From Paraspadella gotoi (lineage: Eukaryota > Animalia > Chaetognatha), in NCBI GenBank assembly GCA_051294375.1, contig JBJCIZ010000030.1, positions 1-54,759 on the forward strand: a stretch of DNA of 54,759 nucleotides. The letters are read 5' to 3'. The position numbers and the translations under genes are program-made. This document shows positions 1-11,200 of the stretch, in pieces (positions within the stretch are counted from its first letter, which is position 1; the number at the start of each line of letters is the position of its first letter). Under the pieces are notes generated by a model. It ran no database searches. It was not told the origin of the DNA and worked only from the letters and a program-made list of their open reading frames with translations.

Positions 1-1929
1 GCCCTCTTTTCACCTTATGCCAAGGCATGTTGAGGCCTTTTTTTTCAAAAATTTTTAGGTGATTTTTTTTGCCGATAAAGATTTTCATGTATATCATTAA
101 ACAGCATCGTTATCCAAACAATGGAAAAGTTAAATTTCAGATAAAATTGTTAAAAGATTTCGATCTATAGCACGGCCTTCGCTTCATCATAATATATTAA
201 AAAGTTTTGTTGAGTGAATAGAAAAATAGGCGATTAAGCTGGAAATAAATTTCTCACAGAAGTTCGAAATAATTTGTGAAACAATTATCTTACTTTGAAA
301 ACCATGCTGAGGCCTCTTTTATCCCATAAATTTTTTACCAAGATATTTTTGCGCCAATAAAGATTACATCTATTATTTTTTCAGAGTCATGATTTTGGCA
401 GATGATGAATAGTAATAGTTTGATTTGGTCTTTTCATGCCCAATAATATAAAAGAAAACAAATTATTTCTGGAAGTAACATAATATTTTATTTTTAATAA
501 CACTGACCTACGGCCTGGGCATCATTCAAACAAGAATTGCATTAAAAGCTTTGTACAATTTATTATTATGTCAAAGAAAGTGTATTCCTTCACGTTTCAA
601 AAAGAAAAAACTCTAATTGATTAAGGTTCAGCTTCAGAGGCAACTAAAAATCGGGGCAAATTTTTTTTATCAGTAAACCTTTTTTAAACGCAAATTTTTA
701 ATTTTTTTTTCAATTAACAGCACCTACCCTCAGTGTATACTAACAACTAAAACCAAGCCATTCCATTTGTTATTGAATCAATTAATGATGAAAACATAAA
801 CGTTTATGTAGAGAGAGAGCAGAACGCTTATATAAGGATGTCTATTATCATTTTATTACAAAACAAGAATGATAAAAATTGATAAAATTTTTAAATTCAA
901 AGACATTCGTCCACTGGCATCTGAAGTTGGGTCCACTTTTGATAACAACCCTCAAATGGTGCCATAAAGACTGCCACAGATTCACAGACGTACCAGCCTC
1001 ATGCTCTGCTTTTGACATTTAGTTTCTGTTCCCAGGTTCAAACTGGTTCAAAACAAGACTGAGAAAAAAATAAATAAACACTTTGCAGCATTCCTCTTTG
1101 TGCTTTCCCCAGCCCAGCCATTTGTTAATTTAAAAAAAAATTGTACAAAATTTGGATAAAACATCATTTAAACTAGAAATGAAAATAGATTTCGAAAAGT
1201 GATACGATTTTAAGTCTTGCTCGACTTTCAGTTCTGTAAAATCTACAGAAAAAAAAAAAAAAAAAACAAAAAGAGTTGGAGCTAAAACCGTTTGAAATAA
1301 AAAATAACTAAAATTATTTTTTAAAAGTATGGAAAGGTGGGAGAAATTCTATGAGATGATTTTGGAAAATGTTACTAGTTTTCAAGATATTTAGAATTTA
1401 ATGCCAAAATTTTCTTATTCTTTTTTTTTTCTTATGAATTTGAAAAATCCCTCTCATAGAATGGGACCCTTGTCCTCAAGGTAAATTTATGTAAAGTTTC
1501 ATGAAAATCCCCTTAGACGTTTGGGCCGCAACTCTTCCGAAAGGTTCTTTTATTTTATATAGTATATAAAATTCGAAAAAACAGCAATGGATTCGAAGAA
1601 AGATAAAGTGAATACAGAATCACTGGACCTCTTAATTTTCGGATACAAGCTTTATTTAATCCTAATTCTAACTTTGTGCCAGTGATCCCAGGCCTTAAAG
1701 AACTTCTGTCTCCCCTCAAGGTGATAACAAAATGAAGACAAAATTTACATCTATGTCATTAAACAGCATTGTTATCTAAACCAATATACAGTAGGGTGGA
1801 GTGATAAAGATTGAGCGATGGAAAAATTTTTTTGCTCCTTTGTATATGTAATAAAAAATATTCAACCCTTTTCAAAAAAAATTTGCATAGCAGTAATCAT
1901 TAATTGAATTTTCTTTATAGTAATATCCT

Positions 1930-2233
1930 CATTTAAGTAAGTAGACAGAGATTTCAACATGAAACCAAAGTGGATTTTATCTCGGAAAGTTCACAGCAAA
2001 GAGCGGCGTGAGACAGTTTAACACAATACAGAAAATGCTCGGTATTTATACACAGTGAACGGATCAACGACATGGCTCTCTTCCCGATGGCATGAAGCCC
2101 ATCTTCTCATTGGTTGATTCTCGGTGGTGATTCATCCAATCAGAGAGTCCTCGGTGATTTCATCCGAGTTGTCGATCGGTTTGGTTCTGATTCGATTCCA
2201 TATTTTCTCTTGATTCCGATGCCATCTTCGATG
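1930..2233 (-). repeat. 3' LTR of element 1
   Basis: Near-identical to 11612-11922, differing mostly by single-base indels. Sense termini CATCG...AAATG. TATAAAT box on the minus strand near 2044-2050. Confidence 0.93.
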
Positions 2234-4155
2234 CGTCCCCCCCTCCTCAGACGACGGCGTACGGGTCAGTCGGTAGCCGGAGTGGAGACTGGTATGGCAC
2301 AAAAATTCTGTTTTGGCCTGTTCCCAGGTATCGTTGGGTGGTGGTTGGCCTAAGCGTCGCTCTGATGTGCTTGGTGGCCGCAGCAGCAGCAGCATCCGCG
2401 TTAGTCCCGCGATGATGATGACGACGGCGATGGCGAATGGGATGATGTTTGCCGCGTCGGTCAACCAGTTCAACTTTGGTATTTCACCGAATATTTTTCT
2501 CATGGTTGCGTGTGGCGTGCCGCTCGTGATCTCGCCGATATGTTCCTTAAAGTTTTTTTGCTGTCTGGCGTAATTTTCGTGATTTTTGAGGAAATCGTCT
2601 ATTTGCATATAGAGCTCATCCTCGGTGGAGACGAGATCTTTTGTTTCCGGGAGATTGGCCGTGATTTTTCGGTAATCGTTCTGCCGTTCTCCCTCTGTCG
2701 TTTGATATCTTTTCTTTATGTAGTAGATTGGTGAGGAGAACAGCTTGTCTTCGTAGATGAGGTAATGACGTGATGTAGATCGAATGTCGAAATACGTTTT
2801 CTCCTCGGAAGGAAATGGGCAAATCGTGATAACAATCTTTAGTTTTCTTACTGTGCAAGCGTTTGGTCGCATCGAGCGGTCATCAATATTCGCCTCGGAT
2901 GACGGCGACTAAGCCTCTCTTTATGAATGCCGTTGACGTTGGATTTTGTAGCGACTTCTGCTGCTTTTCTTGCTTCTGCGACTTAGATCGCAGATTTCTC
3001 TAGGGAGGCTTTAGTTAAGGTTTCTAAGCTTGCTTGATTCTTTTGAGCAAGCTCAGATCCTTTTTCTCGCAATGCAAGGATAAGCTTGTCATCTTTGCTT
3101 AAGTCTTTCGTCATTTGTTTGGTGAAAAAAAAGTGTGCAGAGTTTGTCTCCNNNNNNNNNNTGTCGCAATCGGGGATTTCCACTTTTTTTCCTGTGCGTC
3201 GTAGAGTGAAAAGCACCTTCTGCTCTGCTTCGCAAATTGGGGCACAGCGTTCGTAGTTATCCGTGGTGCTTGGGCGCACAAAGTTACTAAGGCAAGCTTT
3301 CCAGCATGTTGCGAGACTTCTCTTCACTGCTGGGCTGTCCTTGCAAGGCGTTTTGCCGTCCCTGAGTTTACAATCTTGTAGTGCCGCTTCTCTATCTTTT
3401 TCGGTGAGTGATCTTATAATATTGTCTGAGCTCATCACCATGGGTCCCGTATAGGCCTGGTGAGCCCGACAAGTCCGCTCTTGCCAGGCGAGGACGCCGC
3501 CTGGGTAGAGGCACATTTGTGCGGCTTTGTTGCACTCCGTCTGTCTTGGTAGATTGTCGAGGTCTATGAGTTTGACCTTTTGTTCGTATAATGTGACGTT
3601 TACCATTAATGTTGCTCTCTCTCNNNNNNNNNNNNNNNNNNGAAAAATAAGTTTTTCGCCCGTGCAATATCCGTCGGCATCCGTTGTTCCAATTTCAATC
3701 TTGACTTGATAATGGCCGACTTTGCCGCCTGATATTGATAGCGGTTCCATCAGTCCAGTCTTATCAGAGGTCCTGACCGGGATATTATCGAGTACAACTC
3801 TCTCGCCTTTGTGGAGCGTCAAGCATTGGATTCGGGTGAGTGAGAAGTGGTCCAATGTCTTCAAGTTTGGATATTGGATGGACCACCATCCACAGATGCT
3901 GCCCTGGGCTACGATGGTTAATTCGCAACCCTTCGCGTCATGTTCCTCCTTGTCCGGGATGAACACCAGTTCGCCCCGCACAACTTTTTCAGAGGTTGGC
4001 TTCGGGGAGTTGCAGTGGTGTGGGTCCAGGAGCGTTGTGGAGTGGTCCGACGTTTTGTTGCAGTTGAAGACGTGAACGACCTCAGTTCCGTTACCAAGGG
4101 CTTTGTAAATCATGAGGGCTAAGATTAGCCTCGTGAAATTTTGTTTCATCTCCAT
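2132..4155 (-). CDS. env: Env-like glycoprotein of chuvirus G (class III fusion) type, split across frameshifted ORFs 2983-4155, 2616-2858 and 2132-2872
   Basis: Signal peptide and N-glycosylation sequons (NGT, NKT, NVT). Cys scaffold FNC...HHC...GCEL...ICGWWS...QCLTLHKG...DGYCTG. Later GLVAVIRGE and TKDCYHDLPISF. C-terminal TM helix IIPFAIAVVIIIAGL. Lies between pol and the 3' LTR. Confidence 0.8.
2234..2248 (-). promoter_or_regulatory. Polypurine tract of element 1 (GAGGAGGGGGGGACG)
   Basis: Purine run immediately 5' of the 3' LTR on the element strand. Confidence 0.85.
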
Positions 4156-4229
4156 TTTTTTCTTGATTATAGCGTTAGTTCTTTGAAAAAGATTTGGAAT
4201 CTTTTTCTAATCTTTTTGATTATAGTTTT

Positions 4230-4413
4230 GATCTTTCTAGACTATAGTCTTAAGAAAGACTTTTTGGTTGTTTTCCGATCTTTCTAGACTAGTCTTAAAA
4301 AAGACTTTTTGGTTTTTTTCGATCTTTCTAGACTAGTCTTAAAAAAGACTTTTTGGTTTGTTTTTCGATCTTTCTAGATTATAGTCTTAAAAAAGACTGT
4401 TTTGGTTTATTTC
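4230..4413. repeat. Four tandem 44-47 bp units upstream of env
   Basis: Units start with GATCTTTCTAGA at 4230, 4277, 4321 and 4367. Each contains the inverted repeat AGTCTT-N4-AAGACT. Confidence 0.9.
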
Positions 4414-4779
4414 GGAGCCAAAGCGGGTAAGGGCGCGGAGCGAAGTTGAGTGATCGTGTCATGAATTTCGCTTGTCCGTGCTCGTTTTATTCGGCTCTCT
4501 CTCGCTTCGTCGAGGAGGAGGAGGAGGAGGAGGATCTCTTTTCTTTGTGGCTGGCTTCGTTTTGCAGTTGGTCTTCGCTTGGCGGCTGGCATTGCAGCTG
4601 GCCCTGTTTCTCTCGCGTCTTTTTGCCTTTCTCTTTTCTTCTTTTTTTTTTTGTCTGTTGTTGTTTTTTTTTTTTTTTTTTTTGTTTTTTTTTGCTACGT
4701 CTTGCTTCCGGTTTGCGGCTTCGTCTCTATGTCTTTTGTTTTTCTATGTCTATTGTTTCTTTATGTCTGCGGGTTTTAT

Positions 4780-7700
4780 CTAGTTGTCGTTAGTCACATG
4801 GAGTTTGAGCCTTCTTCTATGATATTTCAGATTTTGTCCGTTGATCGAGACGACGTAATGGTTTCCGTCTCTCTCGATAATTTTGTGAGGCCCTGAGTAA
4901 ATCCTTTTTACTTTGTTTTCGGTTGTTGTTGTTCCGGTTACCATCAAGTCGCGTCTGGCCAGGACCAAGTCGCCGACCTTGATGGTTTTTGTTTTTTTGT
5001 AAGGATTGTTTCGAGCCGATTGTTTATACAGTTTTGTTCTTTGATCAGCGATTTTGGATCTAGCGTTTTCTTGTTTTTCGGCTCGTTTTCTGATGAATTC
5101 GATAAGATTTCTCTTTGTATAATCGTCAGCAGCCTCCACTATTCTTGGCCGGTGTCCAAACTGTATTTCGTGCGGGGACATTTCGGTTTTCCAACCGATT
5201 ATCGGGGTCGCGTTTAGGAGGAGCATGAGGTGCGGCAGCTGGTCCAGCCATTTTCTGGGCTGATCTTCTACTGCCTTCCTGAGGGCCTGCCTTATTCTGC
5301 CGATGTCTCTCTCGGCCCTGTTGCTGTCTTTTCTGCTGACTAATACCCGTCGTCCAACCGTGTCCAAGAGGTCAAGTATTGATCTCATGGCTTTTCCGTT
5401 GAGCTGCGTTGCTCCGTCGAAATTTATTTCCATGTATGATCCATGGTGGAGAAAAATGTTTTCATCTAAGGCCTTGGCGACGGTTTCGGCATCGGCTCGA
5501 CGTAAGGGGATGGCCCACGTATATGCTGAGGCGTTGTCTGATGCTACGAGAATGTAATTATAGCCCGCTACTGAAGGGAGGTGCATTACATCTATGCTGA
5601 GCGATTCCCAAGGCGTAATGGCTAGGTTCGGCGCCGAGGGAGTTTNNNNNNNNNNCCTTGAGTCTGTGGCTTTGGCACAATTTTCACAGTTTCTGACGCA
5701 TTTTGCGGTTGCACTCACTAAGCCTGGTGACGAGATATATTGTGCTGTTATGAAAGCTGTGCGATCTCGGCCCGGGTGTCCAAAATGACAGTGTATTTTT
5801 GTAATTATCTCCTCGACTTTGCTAGGAGGTACCACATATTTGGTAGTTTGGCTGTTATTTTTGAAACCTTTGAGGATGAGTATGCCATTTTCTGTTACGT
5901 CCAGGTCGGGAAGGCAGTTTGTTAAATATCTCTCTGTGAGATCTTTTCTTTTCTCCATTTTTTTGTTGAGGAGTTCTTCTGCGGTCGGTCGGTCATGTTT
6001 TTGTAATGTTTCTATGATGGTTTTGAAAAGTTCGTCATTTCTTTGCCAAGATTTTATTATGGATGCAATGGGAAGTAGATTCTTTTGTTTGACGTGGGGT
6101 TGTTTTGCTTCTTCCGCTATTTCAGCTTCAGTGGCGTCGACATCAGCCTCCATTGTGCTGTCGATCATTGCCTCTCCTTTTGCACCTGGCCAGTTAACAT
6201 TTATGATGTCGATGGCATCTGTGCTAGGGGGAAGAGTATTTTGCTTTTCTTTTTCTTCCGTTTCGTCATTGTTTTCCAGCTTAATATTGATGAGATCACT
6301 GGGGAGCTGATCAACTTGGCATGTGTTGGTGATCGGTCGTTTTGGTCTCCCTCGTCGTTCTGGGGGTCGGAGTTCGGCAACACATATGGTTTGGATTGAC
6401 TTTTTGGGTAGGATGTTGGCCGGGCGCTGTGGTGTTTCATCGCTGACCAAGCTGACTTGGCCAGTGATGGTCCTGAAGATCCTTATTTTTCTATCTCCGT
6501 TTGGGTTCCCATAGACCTTTTCATATTTGCATCCTGCTTGTTTTGTTGATTCCTCTTCCATTAATATGATTGTGATGTTGGTCATCTCGCTGAGTAATTC
6601 TAGTTCAGGATGACCCAAGTTCCAATCTTTGGCGGCGATAGTTCTGATGAAAGTGTCCGCGTCTTTTGTTTTCGGTTTCCCATATAATTTTTCTATGTTA
6701 CTTTCTTGTTGCGAAATTTTTGGCGGACGAATTCGAAAAATTTTGATCTGAAAAGTTTTTGTGTCCTCCTGGAGAATTTGTGACATGAGGGTTAATGTTG
6801 GTGCATGTCCTGTTACCAGGTCGAGGTGTTCTGGATTTTTTTGTTCTTCCACTGGATTTTCTGCGAAACCTGCCTCATATTTCCCGTCGATGTCGAAGCC
6901 GGCGGGAAAAAAAGGCGTGTCCAATGGGGTTACTTGTCCTTGTTCGGTGAATCGCGTGAGAAAATCAGCTGGATTGTCTTCACTTTTTACCAGAATCACC
7001 TCCTTTGGTTGGCATTCTTGCCGGATCTCGGTGATCCATCGGAGGACATTGGTGGGCAGGAGTTGTTGCCTGTCATGTTGTAAATCCATAATTCTTTTAA
7101 AATATTGTGAATCTGTGACGAGAGTAACTCTTCTGCCACATGTGTAGCCTTTAAACTTTCTAACCATCATGTTGAAGGCTAGGGTTTCGAGGACGTTTAT
7201 GTGCTTTATTCTATATTCCTCTGGGAATGATTTAGAATGAAAGGACAGTGGATATTCGACGCCGTCAGCAGTGGCGGTAATGAGGCCGCCCATTGCGCTG
7301 GTGCTGGCGTCGGCGTATATTCTATATGAGCCATGTTTGATTCTTGCGTCATTTAAAAAATTTAATCCTGGCGACGATTTTATTTCGTCGATAAGTGTTT
7401 GAAGCATCGCGATGTGTTTGTCTGAAAGCTTAAATTCTTTTTTGTCTAACAACGTGAGGGCGTGGAGTGGTTGAGCTATGTATGAGAAGCGATGTGTAAA
7501 GCATCTGTAGTAGTTGAGGGAAGCGAGCATTGCTCTTAGCTCCTTTTGGGTTTTGAGAGTCTTTAGTTTCACTTCTACTGCTTCGAGTTTCGCCTTCTGT
7601 GGCATGAGTTTGCTCTTAGAGATACTGAAACCCAAGATTTTGATATCTTCTCTGCGCAGCAGGACACTTTTTGTCCATTTAAGGACAACGTTTTCGTCTC

Positions 7701-8221
7701 TGCATCTTTGGAGAAGGTCACGGAGTCTTTGTGCCATGTCTTCTGGTGACTTGGCGGTTAGGATTAAGTCATCCACGTATACTAGGAAACTTTTTACATC
7801 CGTCCCCAAATCTTGGAAAATCTCGTCGAGAATTGCTTGAAGCACGTTTACGCTGTTGACTCCTCCCATGGGTAATTTGTTCATCCACCAGTTGTGGCCG
7901 GCTCCCGCGNNNNNNNNNNATGAGTCTCCACTGTTTGGCGAATGTTTCGTCATTCATTTCATCCTGGCCATCGGCTATGTGCCCTGGCTTCTTAATAAGA
8001 AAGGCGTTTGAGTAAGCCTCATTTCTGGTCCTTGATACGATCCCTGCCTTTTCGTATACCTCTAAATATCTTTTTAAGGCCGCCTTTTTCACTGGGCCTT
8101 GATTCGCAAATTTTGGTTTTGGTAGATTTTCTTCTGAGAAACCAAGGTCGACTCTGTAATTTAAGAAACCTTCTTTGCAATCATTGATGGTTTCTCCGAA
8201 TACATCTCTGTATTCCCACAC
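4780..8221 (-). CDS. pol: Pol of element 1: RT, RNase H, inserted domain, integrase (broken by a frameshift and N-gap at 7910-7919)
   Basis: RT: QWRL, KLPMG, VYVDDLIL. RNase H: YADAS...ETLA...VTDSQ...ADFLTR. Integrase: HCHFGHPG...CENC zinc finger, SIDVM/NFDGA/RAERD catalytic DDE, YSGPHKI GPY/F-like module. Confidence 0.93.
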
Positions 8222-11200
8222 CGTTTCCCAGACGAGGTGAGCTTTTTCTCGTAGGCTGGGATCGACATCTTTGAATGGTTTGAGGAATTCTTCCTTTCCG
8301 CGTGCGTCATGTTTTTCTTTTCTTTTTGTCGTGCTTCCTCTACTGCTTTCATTTCTTCCTCTGTGGGTTTGTGGTGGATAATAGTTGTGGCTGGGATGTG
8401 ATCCTTCCTTACTTTTCTTAATAAGGGTTTTTCGCCTGATGTGTCGGCCTGGACGGGTTCTGCGGTGGCTTCGGTTTCGAGGCCTAGCTCCAATTTTGCC
8501 TCATTTGTGATGAGAGGGCGTGCAGTTCCCCATGTTCCGGGGCTGGTGTCCAATTCTATTCCTTCGCGGAGTTGGTCGCCGTTGACAACATATGTTTTTT
8601 TGTCATTAGATTCAAGTATCCATTTTGAGCCAGCAACAGTCTTCCAGTAGGGCCTGCTTGTCATCAGCCTGATTGTTCCATAGGCGTCACGTTCGGCGTG
8701 TATGGGCAGTGTTGTTGCTTCATCCAGGTTACCGTGCGCAAGCCATCTGGCAGCTTTTAAAGCCTCGTATTTCTCCCTGAACAGGTGAGTGATTGGTTTT
8801 CCGGCCATCGACGCGATCTGCAGGTTGTCTCTTTGGTCGGAAGGTTGTACGACCCAGAGTTGTTCTGGTGGGCCTGGGTTTGTTATCGCTGTTCCGATGA
8901 TGATATCTTGATCGTTTTCATCGGCAGATATGTAAAAAACTGTTTTCAGTACCCACTTCTGGAACATTATTCTGAGGTCGATCCTTTCAGTGAGAGTTAT
9001 TGTGCCTGTCGCGGTTGACAGGCGAAGTGGAGAACCGTGGTAGATATTCTTGTTGAGGGACCATTTGTCTACAAATTTTCTAGGTATAGTATTGACCGAT
9101 GCTCCTGTGTCATACAGGCAGCTAGCTGGCACTCCCGCGATTACAGCCGGTATGTAACTATTTTTGCCTGAATGGCATATTTTTCCGGTGTCGTCCCTTG
9201 GTTCGGGACCTTGCTCCTCGTTGATTACGCTTGCAATTCTTTCGGGGAGGGGAGGCATGTCCGTTTCATCCTTGGTGGATGTGGGCTCGGTTGGGTGATG
9301 AAGTAGATTTTCTGGTTGGTGGCATTCTTGCTCGACTCGTCGAATGGTGGCTTGGTGAAGAGATTCACCAGTTTGTTCACCCGCCACAATGCGGTAAGTA
9401 GGGTTACCTTGGTCTCCTGTTGGCCGGAGCTTCCTGAGGCTTGGCCTCTCATTTCTCCTACTAGGATTTGGCCTGTTTTTATGTTTGTCTGGTTTCTCAG
9501 ACGGGAAGGAGAGTGGTAAATCGGCAAAAGGCGTGGCGTTGTCATTTGCCTGAGGATCTTTCGATTCTATATTATCCTCATCTCTTTTTGCTCGTCGAGC
9601 GAGTTTGGCACAAGCTCTGGACCTAGATATTCTGGCCTTCTTTTCGCCGTTGTTGGCCTCGGCCCAGTTTTTCCATCCTAGTTTGTGTAGAAATTTATTT
9701 GCTAAGGCAATTTCCCTGGCGCTGAGGGGTTTGAGAAGTTTGTATAATCGCGACGCCGTTGACCTTCCACGGAACTGGTGTGCCGTCTCGGCTAGGGTTC
9801 TGACCTTCTGCCTAGTTGATTCATCAATTCCATTTGTTTTGATATCCATAATCTTTTCTCCGAGAGACTTGTAATTGTCTTTTAGCTTAGCTTGCGAAAA
9901 CTCACTTTCGGTTTTATATTGTTTATGGATAACACGGTTGTAATAGAAATTGTTTTTATTTTCATCTAAATCATCAGCAGAGTCAATATCAAGATTATCC
10001 GTTAAGTCTACGATATCCCGGCGTCTCCCAAAGCTTGGCCCCTTTTTTCCTTTCTTTTCATCTCGCCAGTTGGTCCTTTTTTCATTTTTCCAATCGCGAG
10101 CCTTGTAGTTGTTGTTGTAGCTTTTCTTTTCATACATCCGGTCCGGGCTGCGCCTGTCGCGGCGGTCGTCGCGACGTTCATAACGGCGTTCAGCTTGTCC
10201 ATTTCGTCCTGATCTGCCAAATTCTTTTCTCATTTCTCTCATCATCTCGCTCATATTGTTTATTTCCTGCAAGACTGATCCTTGATAAAATGCTGTGGCG
10301 CTGTTGTTTGGGTCTTTGTCGTTTTGGCCCTTTTGAACGAGGGCGTTGACGAGTTTTTCCTTGTCCTCGTCGGAGACCGTCTTAACGATTTTCCGTGTGG
10401 CGCCATCGTTGCTTTTCTTCAGGTAACCTCGCAATTTGTACTCAATTGCTTTGCCTAGTTTGCGTGTTTCGCCTTTTTCGAGGAGGGTCGTCCACTCCAG
10501 TGTTTCAGAAGTGATGCCGGGTACGTAGGGTTCGAGTGCTTCTACCAGCATCTGGGCGACGTAATCCGGGATGGANNNNNNNNNNTTTTCCCGGACCGTT
10601 TCGAAATTTTCTTTTGCTGCATTTACGAGAGCCAGTCCGTATTTGGCGTGCACTTGTGGGTCGACTTCGATTTTTGCCTCGGCAAGTGCTTCCGCAATGC
10701 TGACGGACGATCCTTCACATAAGGCGCGAAGTCCTAGCCACATAGATTGATTTATGGGCTCGATAAATCGACTTGCGACCTTGTCACGGGCGAGGAGAGC
10801 TCTCAGCTGTTGGTCTACCTTGTCGGTTGTCGGTGAGTCCTTGAAGGCCTCATAGAAGCTGCGTAAGAAGTCTTCCGGAGATTCATCTCCTCTTCTCTTC
10901 TCGAGTTTGATTGGCTGGTCGTTTGGAGTATAAGATGGTGGATCGCTCCTACCACTTTCGGATGGAGTGTCTTCCTGTTGGGGACGGGCTTCTTTGGCAG
11001 GTGGTTGTGTCAGATAAAGGTTGTTCCCTTGATCGGCGAGGATGGCGTTGGTGTTAGGGTAGATCGAGGGTGGTGGAGGAGGGGTGGGTTGGGCAATTGA
11101 GGATAATCGCGCGTTGATGTCTTGGCTTTGTTGTTTTTCCCGATGGTCTCGGTTTTCTTTGGCCATGTCGCGCGTTTCTCTCATCATCTCCTTCATCATT

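Noticed and set aside
994-1058. Possible small minus-strand exon (TTTCTCAG| ... ATG TCA AAA ... G|GTACGT)
   Set aside because: Only 8 codons, no recognisable homology, and surrounded by repeat fragments.
4230-4413. CRISPR-like look of regularly spaced palindromic repeats
   Set aside because: No unique spacers, no cas genes and a eukaryotic retroelement context; it is a tandem repeat.
4446-4896. Phe-rich plus-strand ORFs resembling membrane proteins
   Set aside because: Antisense reading of poly-A tracts in element 1.
7910-7919. Apparent loss of RT motif A in element 1
   Set aside because: Coincides with an N-run. Element 3 retains the region (ACFHQVNL), so this is probably an assembly gap.
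8161-8300. Possible programmed frameshift between protease and RT
   Set aside because: It falls after the protease, an unusual place for a gag-pol shift. The locus has many indels and N-gaps, so error or decay cannot be excluded.
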